A stretch of 64,000 nucleotides of DNA from an uncultured Clostridia bacterium (GCA_947590905.1 CANQCU010000006.1:7823-71822); one strand, 5' to 3'; shown: positions 41,473-51,771, counted from the stretch's first letter. The notes: a model not told the origin generated them from the letters alone. Program-made: numbers and translations.

Positions 41473-42003
41473 TTATTTTTCTAATTTATCCCACAATACA
41501 ACTTTATCTTCTTTCAATGTCTCTTTTACATCAATTATTCTTTGGTTTGAAGATCCTCTAAATTGTAGTCCTGGATTTTTTAAGTTTTCAACAAATTCTC
41601 CATCTACAACATAATCTATGTATTTTAATAGTTCATTAGTTGTTTTATTTGTCTTTGACATTCCATTTAAAACTTGCTCATCAAATAGATATCCTGTATA
41701 ACACCAAATAGGTTTATCTGGATATAGTTCTTTAGCTTTCTTTACAACAGGTAATAAGCCTTCTTGATTTTTAGGATCTAGTGGTTCTCCTCCAAGTAAA
41801 GATAGTCCTTTTATATAATCAGGCTTTAATGCCTCCATAACTTCATTTTCTTCTTTTTCAGTAAATTCATTTCCGTAGTTAAAATCCCATGCTTCTTGAT
41901 TAAAACATCCTTTGCAATGATGATTACATCCACTTACAAATAATGATACACGTACTCCTGGTCCATTTGCTACATCATATTTCTTTATTGTTGCATAATT
42001 CAT
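41473..42003 (-). CDS. nrdG: Anaerobic ribonucleotide reductase activating protein (radical SAM)
   Basis: NGPGVRVSLFVSGCNHHCKGCFNQEAW cluster motif. Confidence 0.9.
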   Translation of the reverse strand: MNYATIKKYDVANGPGVRVSLFVSGCNHHCKGCFNQEAWDFNYGNEFTEKEENEVMEALKPDYIKGLSLLGGEPLDPKNQEGLLPVVKKAKELYPDKPIWCYTGYLFDEQVLNGMSKTNKTTNELLKYIDYVVDGEFVENLKNPGLQFRGSSNQRIIDVKETLKEDKVVLWDKLEK

Positions 42004-42289
42004 ATTAGTTCATCCTTTCTTTAATCTATAATATTTTTTACACACTTACTTTTATTTTTAGTTAATTAAATAAATATCGAAATGAGATACTTTTTTATTT
42101 TGAGTATTCATTTCGATATTTTGTCTAATTTGATACTTTGTCCTAAGTATATCTTCCTATCATGAGTTTTTTATTAAACTTCTATCTTAGGTATTTCATA
42201 CTTTAAGTTTTCTTTAGTCTTGAAATAAACTTCTATCTTAAGTATTTTTTGAATCATAAGTATTCTTGTATCCTAAGTATCTCTCTATT

Positions 42290-44419
42290 TTACAAGTGTA
42301 ATACTCTTGCTTTTATTTCCTTTGTTTTTCCTTCATTCCAGAAGTTTTCTCCTAGGTATCCACAAGTACGTCTTACAACGTTCATTTTGCTTTTGTCTTT
42401 ATTTCCACAGTTTGGGCATTCCCATTCGAAGTGATCATTTATTTTTATTTCGCCATCAAAGCCACAAACTTGGCAATAATCTGATTTAGTATTAAATTCT
42501 GCATATTGTATATTATCATATATGAATTTAACTACTTCTTCTAGAGCGTCTAAGTTATGTCTCATGTTTGGAACTTCTACATAAGAGATAGCTCCTCCTC
42601 CTGATAAATTTTGGAAATCTGATTCAAATTTTAGTTTATGGAATGCATCTATCTTCTCTCTTACGTCTACGTGATATGAATTTGTATAATATCCCTTATC
42701 TGTTATATCTTCAATATTTCCAAATTTTTCTTTATCTATTCTTGCAAATCTATAGCATAAACTTTCTGCTGGTGTTCCGTATAATGCAAATCCTAATCCT
42801 GTTTCTTCTTTCCATCTTAATACTGTATCTTTTAGATGTTTCATTACTCTTAAAGCAAATTCTCTTCCTTCTTCTGTTGTATGTGATACACCTTTTACTG
42901 CTTTTGTCATTTCATATATTCCAATATATCCAAGTGATATTGATGAATATCCACCTTTTAATAATTTATCTATTTTTTCACCTTTTTCAAGTCTTGCAAT
43001 AGCTCCATATCTCCAATGTATTGGTGATACATCTGCTGATGTTCCAAGTAATGCATAATGTCTGCACATTAATGCTTCTTTGCATAGTTCTAGTCTTTCA
43101 TCTAATAATTTCCAGAATTTTTCTTCATCATGTCCTGCAATAATACCTATTTGTGGTAAGTTGATACTAACAACACCTTGATTAAATCTTCCTTCAAATT
43201 TATAATTTCCGTTTTCATCTTTCCAAGGAGCTAAGAAGCTTCTGCATCCCATTGGGCTAAATACATTACCTTCATAGTTTTCTCTCATCTTTTTAGCTGA
43301 TATGTAGTCTGGATACATTCTCTTTGAAGAACATTTTACTGCAAGTTTTGTTAAGTAATCATATTTTCCACCTTTTAAGCAGTTATGTTCGTCTAAAACA
43401 TATACAAGTTTTGGGAATGCTGGTGTAATATATACACCTTTTTCATTTTTAATTCCTTTATATCTTTGTTTTAGAATTTCTTCAATTATCATAGCATTTT
43501 CTTCAATGTATTCATCATCTTTTTCAAGATTTAAGAATAATGTTACGAAAGGAGATTGTCCATTTGTTGTCATCAATGTATTTATTTGATATTGAATTGT
43601 TTGAACTCCTGAGCTTAATTCTGATTTTAATCTTTGTTCAACTAATTCATTTATCATTTCTTCAGATAGTTTTCCATCTTCATTTAATTCTTCGATTTGT
43701 TTTCTGAATTTTTCACGACTCTTTCTTAAGTATTTTCCTAAGTGTTTGATATCTACTGATTGTCCACCATATTGGCTACTTGCAACTGATGCGATTATTT
43801 GTGTCATAACCGTACATGCAACTTGGAAGCTCTTTGGTGTTTCTATCATTTTTCCATTCATTACTGTTCCATTGTCTAGCATATCTCCTATATTTATTAA
43901 GCAACAGTTATGTATTGGTTGTAAGAAGTAATCTGCATCATGGAAGTGTAATATTCCTTCTTCATGTGCTTTTGAAATTTTTTCAGGTAATAACATTCTT
44001 TTTGTTAAGTCTTTTGAAACTTCTCCGGCTATTAAATCTCTTTGAGTAGAAGCTATTACTGCGTTTTTATTTGAATTTTCTTCCATTAAATCTTTATTTG
44101 AATTTTTAATTAAACTAAGGATTGATTCATCTGTTGTATTTTGTTTTCTAATTAATGCTCTTGTATATCTATATACTATATATTTTTTTGCTAAATCATA
44201 TTTTCCAATTTCCATTAATTTTTGTTCTATTATATCTTGGATATCTTCGACAAGCATTCTTTTTTTACCTAAATCTTCAATATAGTTTACTATATTTTTA
44301 ATTTCTTCTTTACTTGCCTTTTCCTTTCCTTTTACTTCATTATTTGCTTTTTCGATAGCTGTTTCAATTTTTATTCTTTCATAATCTACAGCTCTTCCGT
44401 CTCTTTTTATAACTTTCAT
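42290..44419 (-). CDS. nrdD: Anaerobic ribonucleoside-triphosphate reductase
   Basis: ATP-cone N-terminus (MKVIKRDGRAVDYERIKI), a C-terminal Zn ribbon (CQVCGFDG...CPNCG) and the glycyl radical motif RRTCGYLG. Confidence 0.95.
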   Translation of the reverse strand: MKVIKRDGRAVDYERIKIETAIEKANNEVKGKEKASKEEIKNIVNYIEDLGKKRMLVEDIQDIIEQKLMEIGKYDLAKKYIVYRYTRALIRKQNTTDESILSLIKNSNKDLMEENSNKNAVIASTQRDLIAGEVSKDLTKRMLLPEKISKAHEEGILHFHDADYFLQPIHNCCLINIGDMLDNGTVMNGKMIETPKSFQVACTVMTQIIASVASSQYGGQSVDIKHLGKYLRKSREKFRKQIEELNEDGKLSEEMINELVEQRLKSELSSGVQTIQYQINTLMTTNGQSPFVTLFLNLEKDDEYIEENAMIIEEILKQRYKGIKNEKGVYITPAFPKLVYVLDEHNCLKGGKYDYLTKLAVKCSSKRMYPDYISAKKMRENYEGNVFSPMGCRSFLAPWKDENGNYKFEGRFNQGVVSINLPQIGIIAGHDEEKFWKLLDERLELCKEALMCRHYALLGTSADVSPIHWRYGAIARLEKGEKIDKLLKGGYSSISLGYIGIYEMTKAVKGVSHTTEEGREFALRVMKHLKDTVLRWKEETGLGFALYGTPAESLCYRFARIDKEKFGNIEDITDKGYYTNSYHVDVREKIDAFHKLKFESDFQNLSGGGAISYVEVPNMRHNLDALEEVVKFIYDNIQYAEFNTKSDYCQVCGFDGEIKINDHFEWECPNCGNKDKSKMNVVRRTCGYLGENFWNEGKTKEIKARVLHL

Positions 44420-44479
44420 ATGTATTTTCCTCCCTCGTTTATTTTCATGCTTATTATATATTTCGATTTTTTAATAATC

Positions 44480-44495
44480 TGTTGCATTTGCAACA
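44480..44495. promoter_or_regulatory. 16-bp palindrome TGTTGCATTTGCAACA (copy 1), 60 nt upstream of nrdD
   Basis: Inverted repeat TGTTGCA-N2-TGCAACA. An identical copy lies exactly 180 bp away. Confidence 0.5.
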
Positions 44496-44659
44496 ACCTT
44501 TTTGACTAACTTTTGTTTTGCTTCATTGATGAGGTTTATAAGAATTATTACAAATTCTTTACAATTTAAATACAAAAATTTTTCTAAATTGTGATTTTTC
44601 TGAAATTTCTATTGCTGTAGCTTTTAGAAGATTTTTTTATAATTTTTTAGTGTTTTTTA

Positions 44660-44675
44660 TGTTGCATTTGCAACA
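44660..44675. promoter_or_regulatory. 16-bp palindrome TGTTGCATTTGCAACA (copy 2), 35 nt upstream of the Crp/Fnr-family regulator start
   Basis: Identical to copy 1. Candidate operator for the adjacent regulator. Confidence 0.5.
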
Positions 44676-44710
44676 TGCTTATGATATTATTTTGTCAAGG
44701 TGATAAATTT

Positions 44711-45337
44711 ATGCAAAATAATATTGATATTTCAAAATTTATAAAAGATTTCGAATCTAACTGCTCAAAAGTTCAAATTAAGGACTTCGAAAAGGGTGAA
44801 ACTATTACAACCTTTTTAGTTAATCGTAATCAATTTTGTATACTTATTTCAGGTAATGCAGATTTAGTAAGATATGATTATAATGGAAATAGAATTGTTA
44901 CAGAAAAATTTTCAGAAAACTCAATCTTTGGTGAAATTTTCTATCAAATAAATACTAATAGTGAGTTTGTTGTTGAAGCAAGATCAAAGTGTAAAGTTCT
45001 GCTTTTTTCATATGATGATATCAATGAAAAATGTAAAAGTCATTGTTCTTTTCATCAGAAATTACTTACTTCTTTTCCACAACTAATCATATCTAAAATA
45101 ACAGACTTAACATCAAGAATTGAACTTCTTTCTAGGCGTTCTACAAGAGATAAACTATTAGGTTATTTTAATTTACTTTCAATACAATATGGAAAGACTT
45201 TTACTCTTCCATTTTCTATTACAGAGCTTGCAAACTATTTAGCTGTTGATAGAAGTTCAATGAGTAGAGAGCTTTCTATATTAAAAAAAGAAAAATTTAT
45301 AAAGCAAGACAGAAATAGGATAACTCTATTATATTAA
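44711..45337 (+). CDS. Crp/Fnr-family transcriptional regulator
   Basis: cNMP-binding-like beta-barrel (GETITTFLV...FGEIF) and a C-terminal HTH (ITELANYLAVDRSSMSRELSILKKEKFI). The start is set at the ATG after aaggtga. Confidence 0.8.
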   Translation: MQNNIDISKFIKDFESNCSKVQIKDFEKGETITTFLVNRNQFCILISGNADLVRYDYNGNRIVTEKFSENSIFGEIFYQINTNSEFVVEARSKCKVLLFSYDDINEKCKSHCSFHQKLLTSFPQLIISKITDLTSRIELLSRRSTRDKLLGYFNLLSIQYGKTFTLPFSITELANYLAVDRSSMSRELSILKKEKFIKQDRNRITLLY

Positions 45338-45461
45338 TTGTTGTAAAAAAGTATTGAATTATTCATATAATAATTATATAATAACTAAAAATATAATTTT
45401 GGTTTATAGGTGTAAATCCAATTTTAAAAACCTAAATACATATATTTAAGGATTGATATAA

Positions 45462-46844
45462 ATGTCTCCTGTTATTGATGATATAAAAAAATATAAAACT
45501 ATCCATTTTATTGGAATTGGAGGAGTAAGCATGAGTGGAATTGCTGAAACTCTTAAAAATTTAGGAATACATGTTACTGGTAGTGACTGGAGTAAATCAG
45601 AAATAACTGATAGGCTTATTTCTGATGGAATTGATGTTACTATCGGTTCTGATTTAGAAAAAGTCAAAAATGCTGATTTAGTTGTATACACTGCAGCAAT
45701 TTCAAAAGATGATCCAGAACTTACACTAGCAAAAAGTTTAAATATAAAAACTTGTGAAAGAGCTGTATTTTTAGGCAAATTAACTAAAAGTTTTAAAGAT
45801 ACTATTGGTATCTCTGGGACTCATGGAAAAACTACCACAACTTCTTTAATTGCTCTTTGTTTTATAAAAGCTGGTTTTGATCCTAATGTTCAAGTTGGAG
45901 CAATTTTAAAGCAATTAGATGGCAATTATAGAATTGGAAATAGTGATTACTTAATATTAGAAGCTTGCGAATATGTAGAAAGCTTTTTACATTTTCATCC
46001 AAAAGCAGAGGTAATATTAAATATAGATAATGATCATTTGGATTATTTTAAAAATTTAGATAATATAAAAAATGCTTTTGTAAAATATGTTAAACTACTT
46101 CCTGATGATGGGCTTTTAGTTTTCAATGGTGATGATAAAAATAGCATTGGAATAGAAAAAAATACAAAGGCTAAATCTGTATCTTTTGGAATAGAAAATA
46201 GTAATGTCAATTTTATAGCTAAAAATATAAAATTTGATAAAGATGGTTTTTCAACTTTTGATGTTTATCATGATGGAATTTTCTTTGATAATTTTTCACT
46301 TTCTATTTCAGGAATGCATAATGTTTTAAATGCTCTTGCATGTATTGCTGTATGTTATAATTATGGAATTCCAAATTCTGCTATTAAAGAAGCTTTTTCA
46401 TCATTTACAGGAGCAAACAGAAGACTTGAATACAAAGGATCTTTTAATGGTATTAAAGTTTATGATGATTATGCTCATCACCCTACAGAAATAAAAGCAA
46501 CTGCATCTGCACTTAACAGGAAAATCTTTAATGAATCTTGGGTTGTATTTCAACCTCATACTTATAGTAGGTTACAAGCATTAATAGATGATTTTGCAGA
46601 AGCTTTACTAGATTTTGATCACATAATTATTACTGATATATATGCAGCAAGAGAAAAAAATACATACAATATTTCTTCTGAAGACTTGGCAAATAAAATT
46701 ACTTCTCTTGGAAAACCTGCACTATATATATCAGAATTTGAAAATATAGTTAAATTTTTAAAGAAAAATGCACATAAAGAAGATATTATTCTTACTCTTG
46801 GCGCAGGAACAGTTACAAATATTGGACCAATGTTATTAAAATAA
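45462..46844 (+). CDS. murC: UDP-N-acetylmuramate--L-alanine ligase
   Basis: IHFIGIGGVSMSGIAE...GISGTHGKTTTTS...DDYAHHPTEI. Confidence 0.93.
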   Translation: MSPVIDDIKKYKTIHFIGIGGVSMSGIAETLKNLGIHVTGSDWSKSEITDRLISDGIDVTIGSDLEKVKNADLVVYTAAISKDDPELTLAKSLNIKTCERAVFLGKLTKSFKDTIGISGTHGKTTTTSLIALCFIKAGFDPNVQVGAILKQLDGNYRIGNSDYLILEACEYVESFLHFHPKAEVILNIDNDHLDYFKNLDNIKNAFVKYVKLLPDDGLLVFNGDDKNSIGIEKNTKAKSVSFGIENSNVNFIAKNIKFDKDGFSTFDVYHDGIFFDNFSLSISGMHNVLNALACIAVCYNYGIPNSAIKEAFSSFTGANRRLEYKGSFNGIKVYDDYAHHPTEIKATASALNRKIFNESWVVFQPHTYSRLQALIDDFAEALLDFDHIIITDIYAAREKNTYNISSEDLANKITSLGKPALYISEFENIVKFLKKNAHKEDIILTLGAGTVTNIGPMLLK

Positions 46845-46882
46845 ATAGATAAATAAAAAAGATAAAAAATAAATAGATAGAT

Positions 46883-47011
46883 AAAAAATATGTAATTAAT
46901 TTTAAAGCACCGCGCAGCGATCAAGCAAAGCGCGAATGGAGCAACCAACATTAAAATTTTTATATTTGGTTGCGACAGCAAGGTGCTGAATAAATTAATT
47001 ACATATTTTTT
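46883..47011 (+). repeat. Intergenic structured repeat, family 1, copy e (divergent)
   Basis: Arms aaaaaatatgtaattaattttaaagcacc / ggtgctgaataaattaattacatatttttt. Core gcgcagcgatcaagcaaagcgcgaATGGAGCAACCAACA...TTTGGTTGCGACAGCAAGG. Confidence 0.7.
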
Positions 47012-47071
47012 ATTGCGTCGGCAAATTTCTCCGAAATTTCCGGAGCAAGATGGCGAAGCCACTTTTCTTAT
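47010..47071 (+). repeat. Intergenic repeat, family 2, copy A (short form)
   Basis: ttattgcgtcggcaaatttctccgaaatttccggagcaagatggcgaagccacttttcttat. It abuts family-1 copy e and ends 2 nt from the spoIVB stop codon. Confidence 0.75.
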
Positions 47072-47072
47072 A

Positions 47073-48345
47073 TTAATCTTTTGCTATTTCTTTTACCATT
47101 GTCTCTGCAAATACAGCATATCCTGCTGTTACATCATTAACCATAACATGAGTTAGAGCTCCGTACTAATTTTCCATTTTGGAGTATTGGACTTCCACTC
47201 ATTCCTTGCACTATACCCCCTGTTTTTTCTAATAGTTCTTCATCTGTTATCCTTACTATCATACTTTTATTATCTATATTATTATTTAAATATATTTTTT
47301 CTATTTTTATATCATACGCTTTTGGTGCTCCATTTTCTAATGTTGATATAAGTACTGCCTCTCCTTCTTGTACTTCAGCTTTTGTTGCAACTGGTACTAA
47401 ATTATTTTTGTCTATAAATAAAGGCATTATATTTGTTAAATTTCCATATATTCCATATGCTGTATTTTTATATATTGTTCCTATTGTTGGTTCTCCATCT
47501 ATTGAGCCTTGTATTTTCCCCGGATTACCATTTTCTCCTTTTATAATTGACAATATATTTGCTGTGACAACTTCACCTGATGCAATTTCTATCAATTTTT
47601 CAGTATCTGCATCTATAATTCCGTGCCCAAGGCTTGCAAATTTTCCACTTTCTGGTTCATAAAATGTTGCGGTACCAACTCCTGCTGCTGCATCTCTTAC
47701 CCATAATCCTATTTTATATGTGCTATCAGTTGCTTTTACTGGTGTCATTTTTGTATTTAAAACTTGTCCATCTCTTATATATGTTATTTCCATATTTTCA
47801 CCATTTGATTTATTTATTTCACTTGTAAGTTCATTTGTAGATGTTATTTCCTTGTCATCTATCTCTACTATAACATCTCCCTCTTCAATTCCTGAACTTT
47901 CATAAGGTTTATAACTTACTTTATCTTCTCCTGCTATTTCTGACATTCCAACTACTAATACTCCATTAGTATAAAGTTTAAGTCCTACTAAACTCCCTAT
48001 TGGCACAACTTCTTTATTTTCTATAACTCCTACTTCTATCTCTTTTACCTTCGTGCCAAATAATTTTACGCCTAATTTTATTGTTCCTGTAAAATCTATG
48101 TCTTCTAAATCTTCAATATTGCTTGAAACAGTAATAGTTTCGTTGTTCTCAATTCTTTCTATGTTAGGATTGCTTGAAAATTCTGTTTCTACATCTACTC
48201 CTAATATTGTGTTTAATTTTAAAGTTTCCCCTTCAAATATTATAATACTATTTGGAAGATTTGTTATATCACATACATAAATTAATGTTATAAATAAAAT
48301 TAATAAAGAAAATGCAGTTAAAGTTCTTTTTATTTTTTTATTCAT
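47073..48345 (-). CDS. spoIVB: Stage IV sporulation serine peptidase SpoIVB (S55), read through one CGG +1 site
   Basis: MNKKIKRTLTAFSLL (signal anchor), a PDZ-like region and the catalytic GMSGSPILQNGKLV|GALTHVMVNDVTAGYAVFAETMVKEIAKD*. The track ORF's N-terminal extension (48346..48483) is read-through of a repeat element. Confidence 0.85.
47160..47163 (-). other. In-frame CGG / +1 frame junction (gta C GGA gct)
   Basis: GMSGSPILQNGKLV|GALTHVMVND, the SpoIVB catalytic-Ser region. Confidence 0.9.
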
Positions 48346-48397
48346 TTCTCTGTTTAGCCTCCGTTTTTTATTGTGCTTACATATTGCACATATAATC

Positions 48398-48475
48398 ACT
48401 TTTCTTATTGCGCCGGCAAATTTCGTAGAAATTTCCGGAGCAAAATGCACATGTGGCGAAGCCACTTTTCTTATT
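48398..48475 (+). repeat. Intergenic repeat, family 2, copy B
   Basis: cacttttcttattgcgccggcaaatttcgtagaaatttccggagcaaaatgcacatgtggcgaagccacttttcttatt. It is bounded by a 13-bp direct repeat (cacttttcttatt). Confidence 0.75.
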
Positions 48476-48617
48476 ATATCCATTTTTACAAAAAATAAAA
48501 AAGCTTGAAAAAATATTTTCAGCTTTTTTATTAAAAATTTAAATATATATTTTATTTTAGTATATTAATTTAATATAAAATTTATTATCAAATTTTTTTT
48601 GATGTGCATATTATTCT

Positions 48618-50192
48618 TTATCTATTTTGGAAACTTACTGAGCTCATTGCTGAATTAAAGCTTTGCATATTGCTATCATTTATATAATCAGAAACTTTAG
48701 CTAATTCATACTTTGTTCTTGCCATTGCTCTATAATATGCTAATACTTTTTGATCGTAAAAACTATCATTATTTTTTAATGTTTCTATATTTGCATCAGT
48801 TGCATTTACCATACAATAATAACAAGCATTTTCTCTAAAATGTTTATAATAATAGATTTCACGTTCATTTCCCTCAGAGTCTAGTTCTTTTAGTTTGTCA
48901 CCACCAGATTGTGAGTCTTGATTTATTGCTACTTGTCTCATAAAGTCCAAACGATTATATCCTATAATGTGGTCCCCTTGTAGATATGGGCAACCTATTC
49001 TATGATATGTATAACTCTTACTATCATCATACTCACCAATATTAGAATCAAATGCTATGTAATATATACTATTTTCATTAACAAACTGCTCATTTTCGCT
49101 ACTTGGTAAAATTACATAATCATTATGTAATGTTGTTCCACATGGCATTCCTTGCATAAAAGTAATTAAGCATATATTATTTAATATTTTATCCCAGTCT
49201 TCTCCTGTAAGCTCAGGCATTTTAAATTCATTATCTATATAAGTATTATAAGCATTCATAGCTTGAACTAAATTATTAACAATTGTTTTTTCTATTACAT
49301 CATATTTTTCATCATTAAATTTTGATGATTCTCTTGCATATGGTACATTGTCTAATGTTATTATTAATTTATCTTTTATTTCTTGATATTCTGGAGTTGC
49401 TCCACTTAATTTTCCAATTAATTCATTATACCATTTTGTAAAATCATATGCTTCACTATAATAATTATATGCTACTTGACTTGCTTTAGTTTCTCCATAA
49501 ACTGTCCAATTTTCAACATGTCCTGTACTATTCAAATTGAATCTATATTTATCTTCATATAATATTTCGTCTTTTGGTATTTCAACTCCATTATATTTTA
49601 TTTGTCCAGTAGATTCATTTTTATACAACCCTTTTGATGAATTTTGGTTTTGTGCAAGTACTTCTAAGTATCCGGCTCTAGACTGATAAGTATTATTACG
49701 TTTATCAGCACAATACACAGAAACATAATTATCAAGAGTATAATTTATTATTATATCTGTATAACCATCTGTGTATTCTTTTGTATAGTACACATATGGC
49801 TTTAAAGAATGTTCAAATGCTCCTGATTCATTTAAAGATGGTGAATATATATAATATCCATCATACAAAGTAAAAACTAATGCTGGAATAAATGACATTA
49901 CATAACTACTACTTCCACCTGAATAGCCAAGATTCGTTGATAAACTTGTTTCGAAAGTATTTATAGAGCCTTCTATATCTCTTAATAGAGAATCGGCTAC
50001 TGATGAATATTTATTATTTGTGCTATTAAGTTGAAAACTAGTTACTGCATCATGTGTTGCATCTAATAGTCTACTGCTATATTCTGCTTTTAAACGTGCT
50101 GTGTCTAGTTGATTTGATACATATGCAGATAATATAAGGATTACTGGTAATGCAATTGTTATAAAGATTACTAATAAATTCTGTAATTTCAT
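48618..50192 (-). CDS. Large membrane-anchored/exported hypothetical protein at the distal end of the pilus-like operon
   Basis: N-terminal TM (LLVIFITIALPVILILSAYV), Y/N-rich ectodomain, Cys pairs near the C-terminus. No family recognised. Confidence 0.5.
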   Translation of the reverse strand: MKLQNLLVIFITIALPVILILSAYVSNQLDTARLKAEYSSRLLDATHDAVTSFQLNSTNNKYSSVADSLLRDIEGSINTFETSLSTNLGYSGGSSSYVMSFIPALVFTLYDGYYIYSPSLNESGAFEHSLKPYVYYTKEYTDGYTDIIINYTLDNYVSVYCADKRNNTYQSRAGYLEVLAQNQNSSKGLYKNESTGQIKYNGVEIPKDEILYEDKYRFNLNSTGHVENWTVYGETKASQVAYNYYSEAYDFTKWYNELIGKLSGATPEYQEIKDKLIITLDNVPYARESSKFNDEKYDVIEKTIVNNLVQAMNAYNTYIDNEFKMPELTGEDWDKILNNICLITFMQGMPCGTTLHNDYVILPSSENEQFVNENSIYYIAFDSNIGEYDDSKSYTYHRIGCPYLQGDHIIGYNRLDFMRQVAINQDSQSGGDKLKELDSEGNEREIYYYKHFRENACYYCMVNATDANIETLKNNDSFYDQKVLAYYRAMARTKYELAKVSDYINDSNMQSFNSAMSSVSFQNR

Positions 50193-50282
50193 ACTATAAG
50201 TTTCTCCTTTGATAAAAAAATGGTCTTTACCTCATTAGTTCTACCTCAGATAAAGACCAAAATTTTTTGTTAATTATTACTT

Positions 50283-50807
50283 TTAACTTCCTGTAACAGA
50301 AACTACTCCAGATTGAGAACCAACTATTCTGTATGCATTTTGTCCAGATAAATTATAAAAGAAATTCTTTAACATTTGAGATATTGTACTATTTGTATTT
50401 GATGCTGTAACTGTAAGTATATCTCCCTCTTTTAATATATATTTATTAGATTTTTCTACTTCTGAAAGTATCTGAGTTGTATACTCTGCATAATATATAT
50501 TTTCTCCTATTTTTGTTTCATCTACTTGAGTTGTTTTTTTAGATGGGTTTTCATCAATTTTTTTCACCTCTAATGCTATATCATATGTATTTCCTGTAGC
50601 ACTTAAAGAAGAAACTAATTTATCATATCCATCAGCTGTTATTTTTCCTGTTTTTCTTGCTGTGTTTACAAAATCTGCAATTGCAGTTTGTACTGATAAT
50701 TCAGATATATCATCATTTCTTTCAGCAAGAGCCATCATAGGAAATATACCGATTAAGATAGCTGCTAAAAATATTGCTACAATAGTTATTAGACTTTCGC
50801 CTTCCAT
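50283..50807 (-). CDS. Pilin-like protein, leaderless hydrophobic N-terminus
   Basis: MEGESLITIVAIFLAAILIGIFPMM.... GGAGG lies 6 nt before the ATG. Confidence 0.55.
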   Translation of the reverse strand: MEGESLITIVAIFLAAILIGIFPMMALAERNDDISELSVQTAIADFVNTARKTGKITADGYDKLVSSLSATGNTYDIALEVKKIDENPSKKTTQVDETKIGENIYYAEYTTQILSEVEKSNKYILKEGDILTVTASNTNSTISQMLKNFFYNLSGQNAYRIVGSQSGVVSVTGS

Positions 50808-50828
50808 ACTCTTCCTCCTTTTATAATT

Positions 50829-51771
50829 TTACATTTCAACATATATGATTTCATTTTTTATTGATTCCATAATCTCACCAAAAGAGAATAATTTATCCTC
50901 TCCTTCTGGGTCATCTGTTTCATTAGTTATATAATTATTTTTATCTACTTTAATTAAATATTCTGTAAAATGCTTGTCGTCCTGTTTTGCCCACTCTAAT
51001 AATCCTTTATTCATACATGGCACGTGATTTCCTGGTGAATCATATGCATTTTGTGCTTGTGTTCCTGGATTAGAAGCACTAAAATATACTTCAAGTCCGA
51101 GATAAATCAGAGTCTATTCTTTGTGCAACACAATTTCTATTTGCTATCCAATAGCAATAATATTCCCTTCTTACTAGTCCTCCAGCATTATAATACTGTT
51201 TATAATGTTTTTTAAAGAAATTTACTATTTCTCCATCTTTGCTTGGCTTTATTTCTGCATAAGTAATTAATGTTGAATCGTTAGGATCATCCCTTCTTAT
51301 TCCAGTTAAATCACTATCATCTAAATTAAATGTTGTTTCTGTTATAATGTCTTTTCCTGCTTTCTTATCAAGCATACTATCTTCACCAAATAACTTATTC
51401 ATTTCTGATGCAAAACGATATTTAGTATCAGGTGTAGCTGAAACCCAATTGTTGCACATAGCTTCAGTATCCAAATCAAATCTTGCAACTATATGACCAT
51501 TTTTATCTACTATAGTTACTCCATAATTCTCTAAAGAATACCTGTATAATACTGGAATTATTTCATCAAATGTGACAATTCTATTTCCATCTGTATCTAT
51601 TTCTGTTTCAGCTCCACTATAATACTGATAATAATTAGTTTTATCTGCTTCGCTTATAACAACTGTAGCAGTTTCTCTTGCTAGAGAAGCCATACCAAAA
51701 AGTATCGTAAGTCCTAGTATAAATATAAATATTGCAGCAGCCATTTTTAAGGCACTTACAGCATTTTCCAT
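50829..51771 (-). CDS. Pilin-like/minor-pilin-like protein (MENA N-terminus), read through one CGG +1 site
   Basis: MENAVSALKMAAAIFIFILGLTILFG.... The junction ...RIDSDLS|GLEVYFSASNPGTQAQNAYDSPGNHVPCMNKGLLEW... joins ORFs 51091..51771 and 50829..51023. Confidence 0.6.
51096..51099 (-). other. In-frame CGG / +1 frame junction (tct C GGA ctt)
   Basis: Joins ORF 51091..51771 to ORF 50829..51023 through 70 nt of otherwise unassigned sequence. Confidence 0.75.

Noticed and set aside
46619-47062. 147-aa minus-strand ORF overlapping the murC 3' end
   Set aside because: It reads antisense through murC and across the two intergenic repeat elements. It has no homolog-like features.
48346-48483. 46-aa N-terminal extension of the spoIVB track ORF (MDIIRKVASPHVHFAPEISTKF...)
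   Set aside because: It is a translation of repeat family-2 copy B. A GGAGG RBS and a signal-anchor sequence support the internal ATG at 48345.
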